From: Selaginella moellendorffii
Lineage: Eukaryota; Plantae; Lycopodiophyta
NCBI RefSeq assembly: GCF_000143415.4
Contig: NW_003314452.1
Coordinates: 1-64,000, forward strand
DNA: 64,000 nucleotides
Reading direction: 5' to 3'
Part shown: piece after piece, positions 11,008 through 24,330 of the stretch
How positions within the stretch are numbered: the stretch's first letter is position 1
Layout of the letters: the number at the start of each line of letters is the position of its first letter
Translations under genes and position numbers: made by a program
Notes under the pieces: generated by a model
The model's input: only the letters and a program-made list of their open reading frames with translations
What the model was told of the DNA's origin: nothing
The model's database searches: none

Positions 11008-13558
11008 AATTATTTTTTGTTTATCATGGCCTTTATAAAAAAAATTAAAATATTTTTCTTTTCATAATTTATATACCTTTATTTATATGTTGTTATATTC
11101 CATGTAGTTTCAATTTGAACCATTTGCTTTTGTATATAAATTAGAATTTTTGGGATAATTGATATACACATTTTATGTATTCCCTATCCATATTCCATGC
11201 ACTCACATTATTTTATATTTTGTGCACTCACATTGGTGGAGGTGAGGGGCACCTTTGATTATTCTTGAAAAGTGGTTAGATTTGAGATTTTGGTTTAGAT
11301 TTAGCTTTTGCATTGTCTAAATTTAGCTTTTTCCATTTTTTTCTTTTATTCTTTCCTTTTGGCATTTTGGTTTAGATCTAGCTTTTGCATTATTTATATC
11401 TCCCTTTCCTTCTAGCTTTTTTTATTTCATTTCTTTTGCTCTTTCTTTTTCATTCATCTTTATGGTAGAGCAGTAGTCTCTTCCTCCTTTAACTTTGGAA
11501 TAGCATTTTGTACAATTGCTTAATGTTATGTGATTGTAGTTGAACAACCAAACTCAGTTGATGGCAGTATTCATAACACATGGTACAACTCTTATTGCTC
11601 TTGGTGCCAATTCTTATGTTCAACTAGAGTTCTTTTATGGGAATCTTTAGGGACAATGTATACTATTGGTTCAATCACTTCATAGTGATTGCCATATATC
11701 ATTCTTGGGATGATACTCGATGTTTGTGTGAGTTTCCCACATGTTTCCAAGGGATGGCATTGTAGTGGTATAATGGTTTGAATGTAGCTATTCGTGGGGA
11801 TTAGAGTATTCTTCAAGACGTCTTCAAACACACATTTGGATATGTCAACAATTGTGATGATACTTTCCAACAATTGCATCGTCTTTGTTAAGGACCATCT
11901 AAATTGGTGATGCAATTTAGCATTTGTTTTCATAGCCTTTTGCTTCATGCGGAGCCAAATATGTTGGAGCGGATCAAACTAGGAATGTTGTGGCCAACAC
12001 TTCGTCAAAGTTTTATAGGACTTGTGCATGCACTTGCTCGAACGACCTCTAACAATGCTTTTTGTTTGGCACAACATTATGAGACATTGCCTTTTCCACT
12101 TCTCGCTACACATCTTTTAGCTCCACTTTCTGTGGGAGATGGTATTGTTTCAATGGAGGTTGATGTTACTACTGCTCAGGTTTAAGGACAAGGGTGAGGA
12201 TGTGATCATAGTTGTGATATTCGCTACTGAGCATGTAATGAAGTTGGTCACATTTATCAGTATTGTCAGCGTTTTCCGAATTGGTAGCTTCTATTTCTTG
12301 GGTGGAGACTTTAGCATCAACAATGTCTTGTTGGTATTGTTGCAGTGAAAGGTCTAGACATCGAGATGCATCCAGGAAATGAGGAGTCGTGTGAGTAATG
12401 GAGGGACCTTGCACGAATAAGTCAATGACCCCTTTATCTTTCTTTTGGAAGTATCATCAAAAGGTTCATTCGGCATCAGTTCATCTAGTGTTTGCTTTCC
12501 AAGCTTATTTTTATAACAAAAGGTCTTTTATTATTCTCTTTGTATTGATTCATACATGTTCAAGTTTATCTTCTATTGCTCGACTTGTTGCCATATGTTA
12601 CCACCTATATTTGTGTCATGCAGCAGAGTCAGTTTTCATTCTTTATGGCAATGGCCATACATATGCATATGCACGGGATGAAGTGAATTTAGTTGTGTAT
12701 ATAGGTGATCTTGAACTTGGACTGCAGTCATTGCCAGTGGTGTCGAGTTAAGCTTTTGACTTCATCCTTGGTATGGGCACAATCATGCTAAATGTGACTT
12801 TGAGGCTTCTTCCCCTTGTCTCATACTTCCTTATATTTTATCCATTCCTTTCATTTCGAAACATGTTTGTCCCTTTGCTTCTACTTCTACTTTCATTACT
12901 TTTGTCTCCCTATTATTTCCTTTTATATTTCCGTTTTATTCTGCTTTTCCCTTTTTCAATACCTCGGTTGACAAGCTCATGAAGGAGTATGCCAATCTCT
13001 TTGAGTTTCACCTATCGTCTGGGGCCAAGATTGCTATATGTCATCTGATTCCAACCAGGGATACTCATCCCATCAAAGTTTTTGTTCATCATCAATCACC
13101 CAAAGAGATCAAGATTTTACATGCAAACGTCAAGGAAATGTTGGAAAAGGGTGCTATTCAAAAGTCACGGAGTCCTTGGGCATATGAACCTCATCTTGTG
13201 ACGAAGCCTAATGCGAGTATTCATTTCTACATCGATTATCATTCGTTAAACAAAATGACGATTTTAGATGTGTATCCTCTTCCTCACCTATTGATTTCTT
13301 AGATCATCTAAAAAGAAGTTGTTAGTTCACTAAGTTAGATCTTGCTTCTGGGTAATGGCAAATACTAATGGGCGAAGAAGATATTCCTAAGAATACTTTT
13401 TATACACCATTTAGTTTGTATGAGGTTTTGGTGATTCTGTTTGGTTTGAATAATGCTTTAGCATTTTTCTAACAAATGATGGATGGGGTTCTTTGTGATA
13501 TGTTAAAGGTGATTACTTACTTCATTAGTGATGTTTTGATCCACTCGAAGGGGATATG

Positions 13559-14706
13559 TGTCGCGAATATGACTTCAGGTATCGAAAGTTACCTGTCAGC
13601 TAGTCCTTTCTGATATTCTCACCTTACTGCCACGACAGCAGGAGGTCGGTATTGCTGGACCTTTTATCAGTCCCTCTTGTGCTAGTGGAGTTAACTGGGC
13701 ATTTCGAGTGTACTTAGACCAGATGAGCATAAGGACGGAATTCCTACGTGTTATTAGCTAAGCATACTTAGCCCGGTAAGGAGTTCCCATCTCGTTTTGT
13801 CTTGCACTTGCTAGTGACAAGAACCCTCGCGTATTGAGATTAGTCCCTCAATATCGCTATATGATAGCTTACCGTGTCTGCCAAACACCCTCGCTATCAT
13901 GCCCTTTGTGTTAGTCTCATTTCGGTCCCAAATGCTATTTATGGAAAGTGTTTAGATTCGCTCATTTGGCATATCTACGGAATGTAGAGATCGGCCCGAA
14001 CACAATGGTGTTCGTCCCGTGTCCAAATTCACAATCTAGGGACATTCCATATTTAGTAAGTTTCGAGTTTGTCCCAGAGACTAACTCCTAATACTAAGGG
14101 AGGCTTGGGGTGAAAGCCCAAAGCGTGTGTTCCTCAAGGGGGGGGGGGGCTATGGGGGGTTCCAAATGTATAGTAGGGATAGTGGGTAGGTCGGGCATGG
14201 CCGACCAACCTAAGGCATAGTCTAGCTCCCGCTTGCATGCCTGTCCTTGTTCTGCGTCCGGCTTGGGTCTAAGCCCAAGTTCCATTCCATGCTAGCTGGT
14301 GGAGTACCCATACTCTCACGTTAGGCCACCGGTATGCCAAAATAGCGCCAGGCTCCGTTTGGCTCCGTTTTGCGTGCTGGTCCTGGCATTGGGATGCTGG
14401 TTGCTCTAGGACTGTTCCAAGTCACTCCGGGCCCCTGTCCCTTCGCTCCTTGGGCTATATGCTCGAGAGTTGCTCCGTGGTCCGGTTCCATCACCCCTTG
14501 GTGTCACGCTTGGGAGTTTGGCATCATTCCTTCGTTCAGTGGCCCAAGGCCCTGAACCTCGAGTTCCTGTGGACACGTGGCATGGACACGTGGCATGTGA
14601 CACATGGCATCTGTCACGTGGCACAAAGAGGGTTTAGGTTCCGCTTCGTGGTGTTATCCTATGGTAAATCACCATAGGATAAAGGGTCAAAACCACGTGC
14701 GCTACA
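13559..14706 (+). repeat. 5' LTR (1148 bp)
   Basis: TG...CA ends with a 6/7 terminal inverted repeat; direct repeat at 19715. Confidence 0.93.
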
Positions 14707-14708
14707 TT

Positions 14709-14719
14709 TGGTATCAGAG
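14709..14719 (+). promoter_or_regulatory. Primer binding site (tRNA-iMet)
   Basis: TGGTATCAGAG 2 nt after the LTR end. Confidence 0.93.
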
Positions 14720-17700
14720 AATGAGTCTCAGCGAGTACTATTCAATGAGATTGGGCAACTAGTCTCGTTGCATACGCAGAGATGAAAACGATGATCCGAG
14801 TGGGTACACGTTTGGGTGCAAAGACTTCGCATTGGTTCCTTGGGTATGGATTTGGTTACCTTCTTGTACCGTAATTATGTGAGCTTGCTCTTAGGCTCAT
14901 AAGATGGATTTGAATTGTTCCAATAGCATGAGTTTGCTCTTGGGCTCATGAGTGAGGCACATTAGCAACTCAAGGTTGCACTTTGAGTTGGTAGGATTAA
15001 TGTTAGCCTATTGGTGGTTCCATGAGTGGTTCCAGTGGTTCCATGAGTTATTCCTTGTACCATGGGTGAAAGCAAACCTACCTAGGTTTGCTATGAGTGG
15101 CAAATAGGCTGGTCCGTAGCTGTTTAGCACGGCACTAGTGGATCCTTCCTAGGCATGATTATAATTGGATCAATCAAGATTGTAGGGAATAGTCTATTGG
15201 TTCAAGTAATCATTGCCGTGCTCTCTCATAAACTTTTCTTGGATTGAACTGAAGGCAGTGCGAAAGCAAGCTTGAGGTTTGGTCAAAGATGAAACCGAAA
15301 AGAGAGTCATCGAGGACGGAGGATCAAATACGTAAATCATCTTCTCTTCTTGGAGAGATGATTTGCAACGAGGTGTTAACTCATTGCTTGTGTTCACATC
15401 ATGCAATCAAGAGTCCCTACCTTGATGCATGTTGGAAGTGATGGTCTTACAAGTGGTGAGTTATGGGATGGATAGTGGTGAAACACTAAACCATTTTGTC
15501 TAGGCTCGATATTGGAAGACTTGGGTTGCAATGCTCAATTCTTTTCCGGGGAACCTTGCTATTGCTCCTTGAGTAGCTTAGTGTTGGATTAGTGTTGAGT
15601 TTGGTCGGAAAGAGAGTGGCATGAGCTTGTCCGTGTTGTAAACAAAAGTTAGCGATGTTGGGTGTTGTAAATCTCTATTGGTGGAGTGTGGCATTTATGT
15701 TGCATTTTGTCGAATTGAGTTGGCACTTGATACTCACATAAACTTTTGAAGTAATGACATAAGCATTGCTCATTGCGTTACTCAATTGATGATCAAGTCA
15801 TTATGATGCTTATATCATATCCATGTGATAAAGAGTAATGCGTTTACAAAGTTGCTTGGATAAACGATGATCAACCCCCAACTTGGTTGATGGAGAAGCT
15901 AGTCTACTTGCATGTAGTAGCATTGTAGTAGCTTTGACTGGATTCTCTATAGTGGTCAATTATGCTAAGCTTAAGTTGGTTCCTTGTTTCCTTGAGTTGG
16001 CCCATAAGGTGTTGGAAAGGGTTGTAGCATTCATTTGCTATACCTTGTCGGTTGATCCGTTAGCACTTGGAGTAGATTGTTGGATGGAGAAAATGTGGAG
16101 TTGGGGCATTGACGTCACTAGCACTTGTGTTAGTGGAAGTGGCATTGTTATTTCAAGTGATGAGGAATTTTCCTTAGACCTTGATTTTTCATGTCATTTT
16201 TCTTGTTAGTGTTTTGGCTTCACATTGGATCTTGAAGGTGATTGAAGAAGAGTGTTAGTGCAATATGGATATCCGAAGATGTGGTCTTCGTGATCAAGCC
16301 TTGGATGTTCATTTTGCACTTTACGGATGTCGGTGTTGGATATCGGAAAAATGGGCAAAGATGTTCGATGCTTAAGCATATTGATGGATCATGAGAATTT
16401 GTGTTGAGGTGAACCTATGTGAAGTTGTAGGTAGGAGGAAGTTGGTTGAGTCTTGAAAGTTTGCAATCCTGGACTGAGAGTCATTCTTTCTCTAGGATGG
16501 GAAATTTTCCACAAATTTTCTTAGACTTCTCCAATGGCTGATCTGTTGGTCACTTTGCTCAAAAACCATTCCGTTTTTGTAAGCCAGTACAAACTAGTGA
16601 AGGGGTTGAGTTGACTTCAGTTAACTTAGACCTTGATAGGTAGTTTGTATAATGCGGCCCGAAAGGGATGTTGACTTTTGAGGCTAAAACAATTGAGTTG
16701 GATAGAGTCTAGAGTTGATATCGAAAAGTGGCCGTTGCACTTTTCTCAGAAAGGTGACCCTTGTACCTTTCTTTTGTAGCGTTATGCTTGGTGGCAGGTT
16801 GCATCTTGCATTATGTTAGACTCTATGAGAGTAGTGAGCTCTCACTGATCTTGACTTGGTCTTGGTGGCCATGCGCCTTGGCTGAGGATGGTGATGTCCA
16901 ATTTAGTTGTTTGAGGTTGCGATGTTGGTACCCGTACTATAGCTTTGTCTATGAGGAGGTTGTGTACCAATATGAGTCCATCTCATGGTCTTCACTTTAG
17001 TTTCGACTGAGTGTTGATCATGCATAGCTAGCCTCTTTAAGGCATGTTCAGAGCTATTGACTAAATGCATTAGTGAGCTTATTGCGGTTGAGTTGGATTC
17101 GAGTGGTCATTTAGTTTGTGCTTGTCTATGAACTTTTATCTCGTACCTAGGGTATTATGTTCATGTTGGACAAGTATGTGACTCGATGATATGAGTTGGT
17201 GTTTGGGTCTTGTGAACGCAAGTTGAAGAGTGATTGTTAGTTACTTTGCGACTAGTGATTACTTGTAGACTTCATCAAGGACAGTTGACATTTGCTTTGT
17301 TCGATGATGATTTAGCAGTGATGGGCTTGCTTTACCGGATGGTGTTGCAGAGGATCGTGTCGTTAGACTTGCATAGGTTTTCTATGTTAGTATATCGATT
17401 CTATCTTTGTCGATATCATTTGGTTACGTTTAGTCCGTGGTGTTGGATTTCATTGAGTCTTGGATGTGGTGATTCACTCTTTGATGAAATGTTAATATCT
17501 ATAACTGAGTATTGCTGAAGGATTGGTCTCGGATACTAAGTATAGTATCTTCAACTTTGGTTAGCTTGGTTGCTGGAAAGCTCCGAGTGGTGATTCACTC
17601 TTGCTTTCTTCTAGCTTTGTCCTGATGTTGATGGCATTGAAGTGATGCCTTGTCATTGATATTGTTGATATTGAGATCTGAGTGAAATGAGATATCCTTC

Positions 17701-19714
17701 CAAGGATTGATATTGAGTTTCATTAGTCTTGATGAATATAGTGTTGATGATTTGGCTATAGCTTTGTGTTGTTGGCATTTGTGCATTTTGCTAGTTAGCA
17801 ACTGTGTTGACGTTCAAACGAACTGAGTGGCAAGTTGAGTTAGTTGTCTTCTAGACGAGATTATTTAGTAGAGGGTTGAGCTTTAGCTTTTCCTTGAAAA
17901 GTGATTTAGTCGTGGACTATGCTAACTCTACAAGCAAAAGAGTTAGTGATCAATATTGGGAAGTTTGAATCCTTATTGGGTTTGAATTCGAATATATTGA
18001 TCATTGATGATTCCCCTTGTGCTTGTTACGATGTGAACTACGTCTTGGTATAGATGGATTCATGGAGGATCGATTAGATGATCATTTGTTGAGCATAGCT
18101 CCATTGTGCTTGGCTTTTGAGTGATGCAAATCTGCTCTTCATTAGCTTTGCATTATGAAGTATAGCTTATGGAGGTGTTTAAGCAGATGTCGTGGGTTAT
18201 ACCATGATTTCTCTTTAGCATTGATGTTAGTTCATGTGAGACTCGTGATCATTATTAGGCAAGACTTAGCTATAGGCTTCTTCGAGCTTTGGTTCTTTGA
18301 GTTTTATGCTCATTGTTCCATTTGTTAGAAGTTGTTAGGGAAGGCATTTTGGCTCATTAGCTTTAATGTTGAAGTTGGCTTTTGCATCTAGCAATCATTG
18401 GTGATGATTGACTATCATCTAGGAAAGTTGATTATCCTTGTCGAAGGTTTTGCTTGATTATCATTGATCTAAAAAGATTTGCCATTGTTCCGGATGGTGG
18501 ATTCTTTCTTCAATGACGATTATGCATCTCTTTATTGATGGGATGATTGATGATCTTTCATGATGGTTAGTTGTTCTCTTTGATGGCTTATGGCTTTTTG
18601 CAATACCACATGTTCTTTGTGGTTTGCTCTGGATTGGTCTCTTGGGTTTGAGACGTCAGTAGGATGTTGCTGACACTTGCTTAGGCAACTTGAGTTCCTT
18701 GGTATTGTTGGCTGGGATCTATTCAGATTGGCTTTTGTGATAGTTGGCAGGAATGAGTGTTTGTTGGTCTTACCACATTCATTTTCTTCTGTTGATTGTT
18801 GCTTGAGTTAGTTTTGATAGATTTGGATGTTATTTCCTTTGGGTGATACATTCGCGAGCATTGTGCTTGTTAGTCAATGATACTTTGTGTTCTTTGAGTT
18901 CTCTCTAATAAATTGTTGGCTTACTGTCTACTATCTTCGATAGTTAAGTTTTATCATTGAGTTTCCTTGATGATATACTAGCTATTGAATTTTGTTGGAT
19001 GGTCATTCCTGTGTTTGCCAAATTATGATGATCTTGGTGGTTCCTATCTACTATAATACTAGTTTATCGGATGATAACTTATTTGGAATACATTTGTGTT
19101 CTCATCTAAGCTTTATTCACTGATAATTAAATCTCTAAGATATCATTGTTTATGACTTTGATATAGTCCCTATCTATTGATCTTTGAGTTTGGGCCAGTA
19201 TAGGCAGACTGGCTTCGGCACTTCGTGTGCATGTTGAAATCTCTAGTCATGGGGTAGCTACTGTCGACTGGTCACATAACCCGCCCCTCTGTCGATGTTC
19301 CTTATTCCGTTGAAAGGGCGTGACCGTGTAAACAACTCTAACTGCCTGTTTACAGTAGTCTATCTAAACCTTACCGACGGGTTTGGTTTCTTTGCTTAGG
19401 AGGGTTGGGGCCTCTGGCTTCTCTCTCTATGTTCCTGCGGGCAGGGGCATATCACACTTTTGTAGCTGGGTGACCCCCAGAGCAGCAAGGGTGGCTGACT
19501 TCGTTGGTCATTTCCTTGTCGGCGACGGCCGGAAGGTGTCTAAGCTGGTAGCGCATCCGCGTTAGACAAAGAGGTTGCTCCCTAACTCATTTAAGTTGGT
19601 GCATTTCTCACATAGTGTGAGTACCGTGAACTTTTTCGAGAGTTGTTTCCTTGGCGGTATTCTAGACTGGAGTATGCATCGACGAGGATGTCGATCTTCC
19701 CAAGGGGGGGAGAG

Positions 19715-20677
19715 TGTCGCGAATATGACTTCAGGTATCGAAAGTTACCTGTCGGCTAGTCCTTTCGGATATTCTCACCTTACTGCCACGACGGCAGGAG
19801 GTCGGTATTGCTGGACCCTTTATCAGTCCCTCTTGTGCTAGTGGAGTTAACTGGGCATTTCGAGTGTACTTAGACCAGACGAGCATAAGGACGGAATTCC
19901 TACGTGTTATTAGCTAAGCATACTTAGCCCGGTAAGGAGTTCCCATCTCGTTTTGTCTTGCACTTGCTAGTGACAAGAACCCTCGCGTATTGAGATTAGT
20001 CCCTCAATATCGCTACATGATAGCTTACCGTGTCTGCCAAACACCCTCACTATCATGCCCTTTGTGTTAGTCTCATTTCGGTCCCAAATGCTATTTATGG
20101 AAAGTGTTTAGATTCGCTCATTTGGCATATCTACGGAATGTAGAGATTGGCCCGAACACAATGGTGTTCGTCCCGTGTCCAAATTCACAATCTAGGGACA
20201 TTCCATATTTAGTAAGTTTCGAGTTTGTCCCAGAGACTAACTCCTAATACTAAGGGAGGCTTGGGGTGAAAGCCCAAAGCGTGTGTTCCTCAAGGGGGGG
20301 GGGGCTGTGGGGGTTCCAAATGTATAGTAGGGATAGTGGGTAGGTTGGGCATGGCCGACCAACCTAAGGCATAGTCTAGCTCTCGCTTGCGTGCCTGTCC
20401 TTGTTCTGCGTCCGGCTTGGGTCTAAGCCCAAGTTCCATTCCATGCTAGCTGGTGGAGTACCCATACTCTCACGTTAGGCCACCGGTATGCCAAAATAGC
20501 ACCAGACTCCGTTTGGCTCCGTTTTGCGTGCTAGTCCTGGCATTGGGATGCTGGTTGCTCTAGGACTGTTCCAAGTCACTCCGGGCCCCTGTCCCTTCGC
20601 TCCTTGGGCTATATGCTCGGGAGTTGCTCCGTGGTCCGGTTCCATCACCCCTTGGTGTCACGCTTGGGAGTTTGGCA
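19715..20677 (+). repeat. 3' LTR lacking its last 183 bp
   Basis: Matches 13559-14523 with roughly 15 substitutions counted by eye. Confidence 0.92.
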
Positions 20678-23600
20678 CCGTTCTTTGTGATATGTTAAAG
20701 GTGATTACTTAATTCATTAGTGATGTTTTGATCCACTCGAAGGGGATATGGGAAGAATATATGTTTGTAAAGTGTTAAATCAATTATGGGAAGTTGGTTC
20801 AAAGTTGAAGTGGTCGAAGTGTGTATTTGACTCTAATGACACGACTTATCTTGAATACCGTATTTTTCGTGAGGGTTTGCAAGTTGATCCTGACAAGCTT
20901 GTGGGTGTTTTAATGTTCCCTACTCCAAAGTGTGTAAATGATATGTAGTGCTTTCTAAATAAAGTGTAGTATCTTAGTTATTTTGGGGATCATCTTTTTT
21001 ATCACATTGCACTGTTGTAAGTGCTGTCGAAGTCATCAACATCATCTTTCATCTAGTCTGTGGATTGTGAGTAGGCATTCATGGATTTCAAAAAGCTATT
21101 GACGACTCTTCCGGTTTTGGCGTATCCTAACTACACTCGACTTTTCATTTTGCACATAAATGCTTTTGATATTGGTCTTGGAGGTGTATTGATGCAAAAG
21201 AGCGTGAGTGTGTTTGGTTAGCGCCATCCCATTGCATATATAAGCTGTATATTACAACCAGCAGAAGCAAACTACTTCACGACAGAGAAAGAATATTTAG
21301 TAACAATCTGGGGTTTTGAAAAACTTCACGCATATCTACATGGTTCTTGGAAATTATTGGAAGGTGATTATGCTACCATTACTTCATTATTGAAATGAAA
21401 AAACTTTATTGGTCATATGACTCGGTGGGCTTTGAAGCTTTAGATATATAATTTTAATAATGTTCATCACCCAGGGAGTTCTATGGCTGATGCTAATGCC
21501 TTTTCTCGAGCTCCTCTTCCTTATTTGCCCTTTTCTTATGTTTCTAATGAGTGTGTTGTTCTAGCATCTGTGGATTTTCTAGACAAGGATTCTGTGTTGT
21601 TAGCAGTTGTTGTATTTAATGTTCAATATCCACAAGGTGTAAAACAGAATTTACCTTCTCTTGATGAGGTTTGTGAAGTTCAAAAGATTGAGTCATGGAT
21701 TTGAAGGCTTCATAATGGGTTTAAAAATTTTACATCACGTACTGATGACTTGCCACTCCGGCATTTACTTTTTTAATATTACTTTGGAAACAACCTTCTT
21801 TATTTTATGGGTACGAATCCTTATGATCGTTTATAGTTGGTAGTGCCTTCAATCTTTATTTCATGGTTCCTCCATGCCTACCATGATTCTCCTATTCTAG
21901 GCGGGCATATGGGACATCGTCATATGACCAAAAAGCTATGTAAATCTTTTTATTAGCCCGAGATGCAACGTGATTTTATTCAATATGTGCATAGCTGTGT
22001 TTGGTGCTAAGCTCATAATACTACCCCTTGTGCTGCAAAAGGATAGTTGGAGTCAATTGCAGTTTCCCATCCTTTTGAGTTGGTGGCATTTGATCTTATG
22101 GGACTTTTTCCATGATTGACTGCTGATAATGAGTATGTTATTATTACTTTTGACTGCTTAACTTGTTGGGTGGAAGTTGGTGCTCTTCCTAGCGCCTCTG
22201 TAACTACTGTTGGATACTTCCTCCTCAATCAAGTGGTGTTCCAACATTTTTTTCTAGAGCGGATTTTTTCGGATAATGGTCCCACATTTATCGCTGAGGC
22301 ATTTTATGTTTTGACGTCTCAGTTATGGATACGCCATACGTTCACGAGTGCTTATCATCCACAGTTAAACGATTTGATAGAACAGCTCATTTAGACATTC
22401 AAAGGGATGATCACAAAGCATGTGAATTTTTAGCATTGGATGGGATGGTTATTTATTGTCTCTTCGGTATGCGAATGTCACAGGGGTGTAGAGTTTTGTT
22501 GGTGCTTCACTATATAAACTCTTATATGGTCATGATCCAATATTACTAATGGAGTTAGATTTACTTTTGTGATTGCCACAAGCTGCCAATGCTAGGTCGT
22601 AGGATTAGTATTTGATGGGAATTCTTCCACTTATCCAAGTAGAGTCTACAAAAATCTAGGTCACGTACAAGTGGGACAACAATAGCACTACAACACCCAT
22701 CATTGTTCATTTACGGAGTACAAAGTGGATGAATTAGTGTTAGTTTGTTTTCCCCATCTTATGGTATATGGTTTATCTAAGGGGCTCTATGTTCAGTAGA
22801 AAGGACCATATAATGTGTTGCAGCAAGTTGGATCATAAGTTTATAAGGTTTAGCATGATGTCAAACAAGTTAATCCTCTAAAAATTGTGCATGTACAGCA
22901 GTTGAAACACTTTGTATAAAGGGATCAAGAACATCTAGTACCAGTTATAGATCCACCAATTTCTCCTCCTAATTTTCTTCTAGATCCTTGCCCATCTACG
23001 AGGGAACTCTAGTGGTGTTCCATTATTTCGAGAGGAGGGGATGATGTGAGGTCCAAGTGTACAACTATGATGCTATATATTAATATTGGTGTAGTTGGAT
23101 TTTAGTAGCTGTCAGATTGGTTTCAATCTGAACCACTCGCTCCTATATATAAGCTAAGGTTTTTGGGCTAATTGATATGCATATTTTTTGTATTCCCTTT
23201 TCATATTCCATGCACTCATACACAAATAATTATTCCTTTAATTACAGCCTTATTATTTTTCTCCTTTTTTATGATCATCTTTTAAAGTGCTATCTATAAC
23301 ACCTAAAATATATGTAAATAATAATATTATATAAAACTTTAAAAATAAATTACCTGCTTTTTTCATCATCTTCATCATCATATGAGATTATATCATTCAA
23401 GGTAGCATGTTTATCACCTTAAAATTATAAGTATTAACAATATATGTATAATTATTTATTATTAGCTATATATATATTTCTCTTTCTCTCTAATAAGTTA
23501 TTAATTATTTTTGTTTTATTTCTAATCTAGATGTAATATAATATAAATAAGGAACTATACAGTAACTTAAAAATTAATGTTGCTTACATCATTATTTATT

Positions 23601-23964
23601 ATATAGTTAGAAATACAATAATAATATTAAATAAATTTTCTCTAAATTATAAATAAATTATAAGAAAATATGTCTCTGATATATTATTTTTTAATTATAG
23701 TTAATTACTTGGATCCCTTGGAAATGATGAACTTGAAAAGATTACACAATAGCTAGTGCAAAATTAGTTTTATAATCTTGTAGTAGAGTAACTAATAGAG
23801 CAACAATAGTATGCATAGCAGTTTTAGTTTACTTTAGAAAATATAGTGTAAAGCATATACCTAAAATATTTAATATATAATAAAATATTCCTTATTCTAA
23901 GGGTTATAATTTCTTGCTGTAAAACTTTTCTATAATTCATTTTTATCAAGATTTAATTCTAATA

Positions 23965-24330
23965 TTCTTGGGGGATGAGAAGGGGGGTCGAGCTTCCTAT
24001 TGGGTGTGTCTATCTTTATTTTACATTTGGCTTAGGTCTAAGCTTAAGATCCATACCATGTTAGCTAGTGGAGTATTTATATCCTCGGGCTAGACCATTA
24101 ATATGTTGAAATAATGCTTTAGCTTTGTTTTACATGTTTGTTTTAATGTTGGGATGTTAAAATTTTTAAGACTATTTTTGTGTTGTTTTGTGCTCCTGTT
24201 TCATCACTCCTTAGTTGCATATTCAAGAGTTGTTCCATACTTTTATTTCTTTGTTCATTAGACATATGCTTAGGAGTTTGATTCTATCATTTTGTTTAGT
24301 GGCCTAAGGCCCTAAAACTTAGGTGTTGCC
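23965..24330 (+). mobile_element. Old AT-eroded LTR fragment of the 13559 family (target of the chromovirus in copy 2)
   Basis: ggcttaggtctaagc, ccatgttagctagtggagta and gtggcctaaggccct motifs. Confidence 0.75.

Larger units (their letters stand above)
13559..20677 (+). mobile_element. Non-autonomous (LARD-like) LTR retrotransposon
   Basis: 5' LTR TGTCGCG...CGCTACA (13559-14706), PBS, about 5 kb internal region without a long ORF, PPT aagggggggagag at 19702-19714, and a truncated 3' LTR. Confidence 0.92.
12979..22920 (+). mobile_element. Degenerate Ty3/Gypsy pol relic, split by the 13559-20677 insertion
   Basis: SRSPWA, IDY..LNK.T..DVYPLP, FGLNNA, HDSPILGGHMG, SDNGPTF and TSAYHPQ motifs with many stops; coding pieces at 12979-13558 and 20680-22920. 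Confidence 0.88.

Noticed and set aside
11400-12975. Several short ORFs conserved between copies
   Set aside because: Conservation reflects the recent duplication. It is probably a decayed TE, but I could not assign a family.
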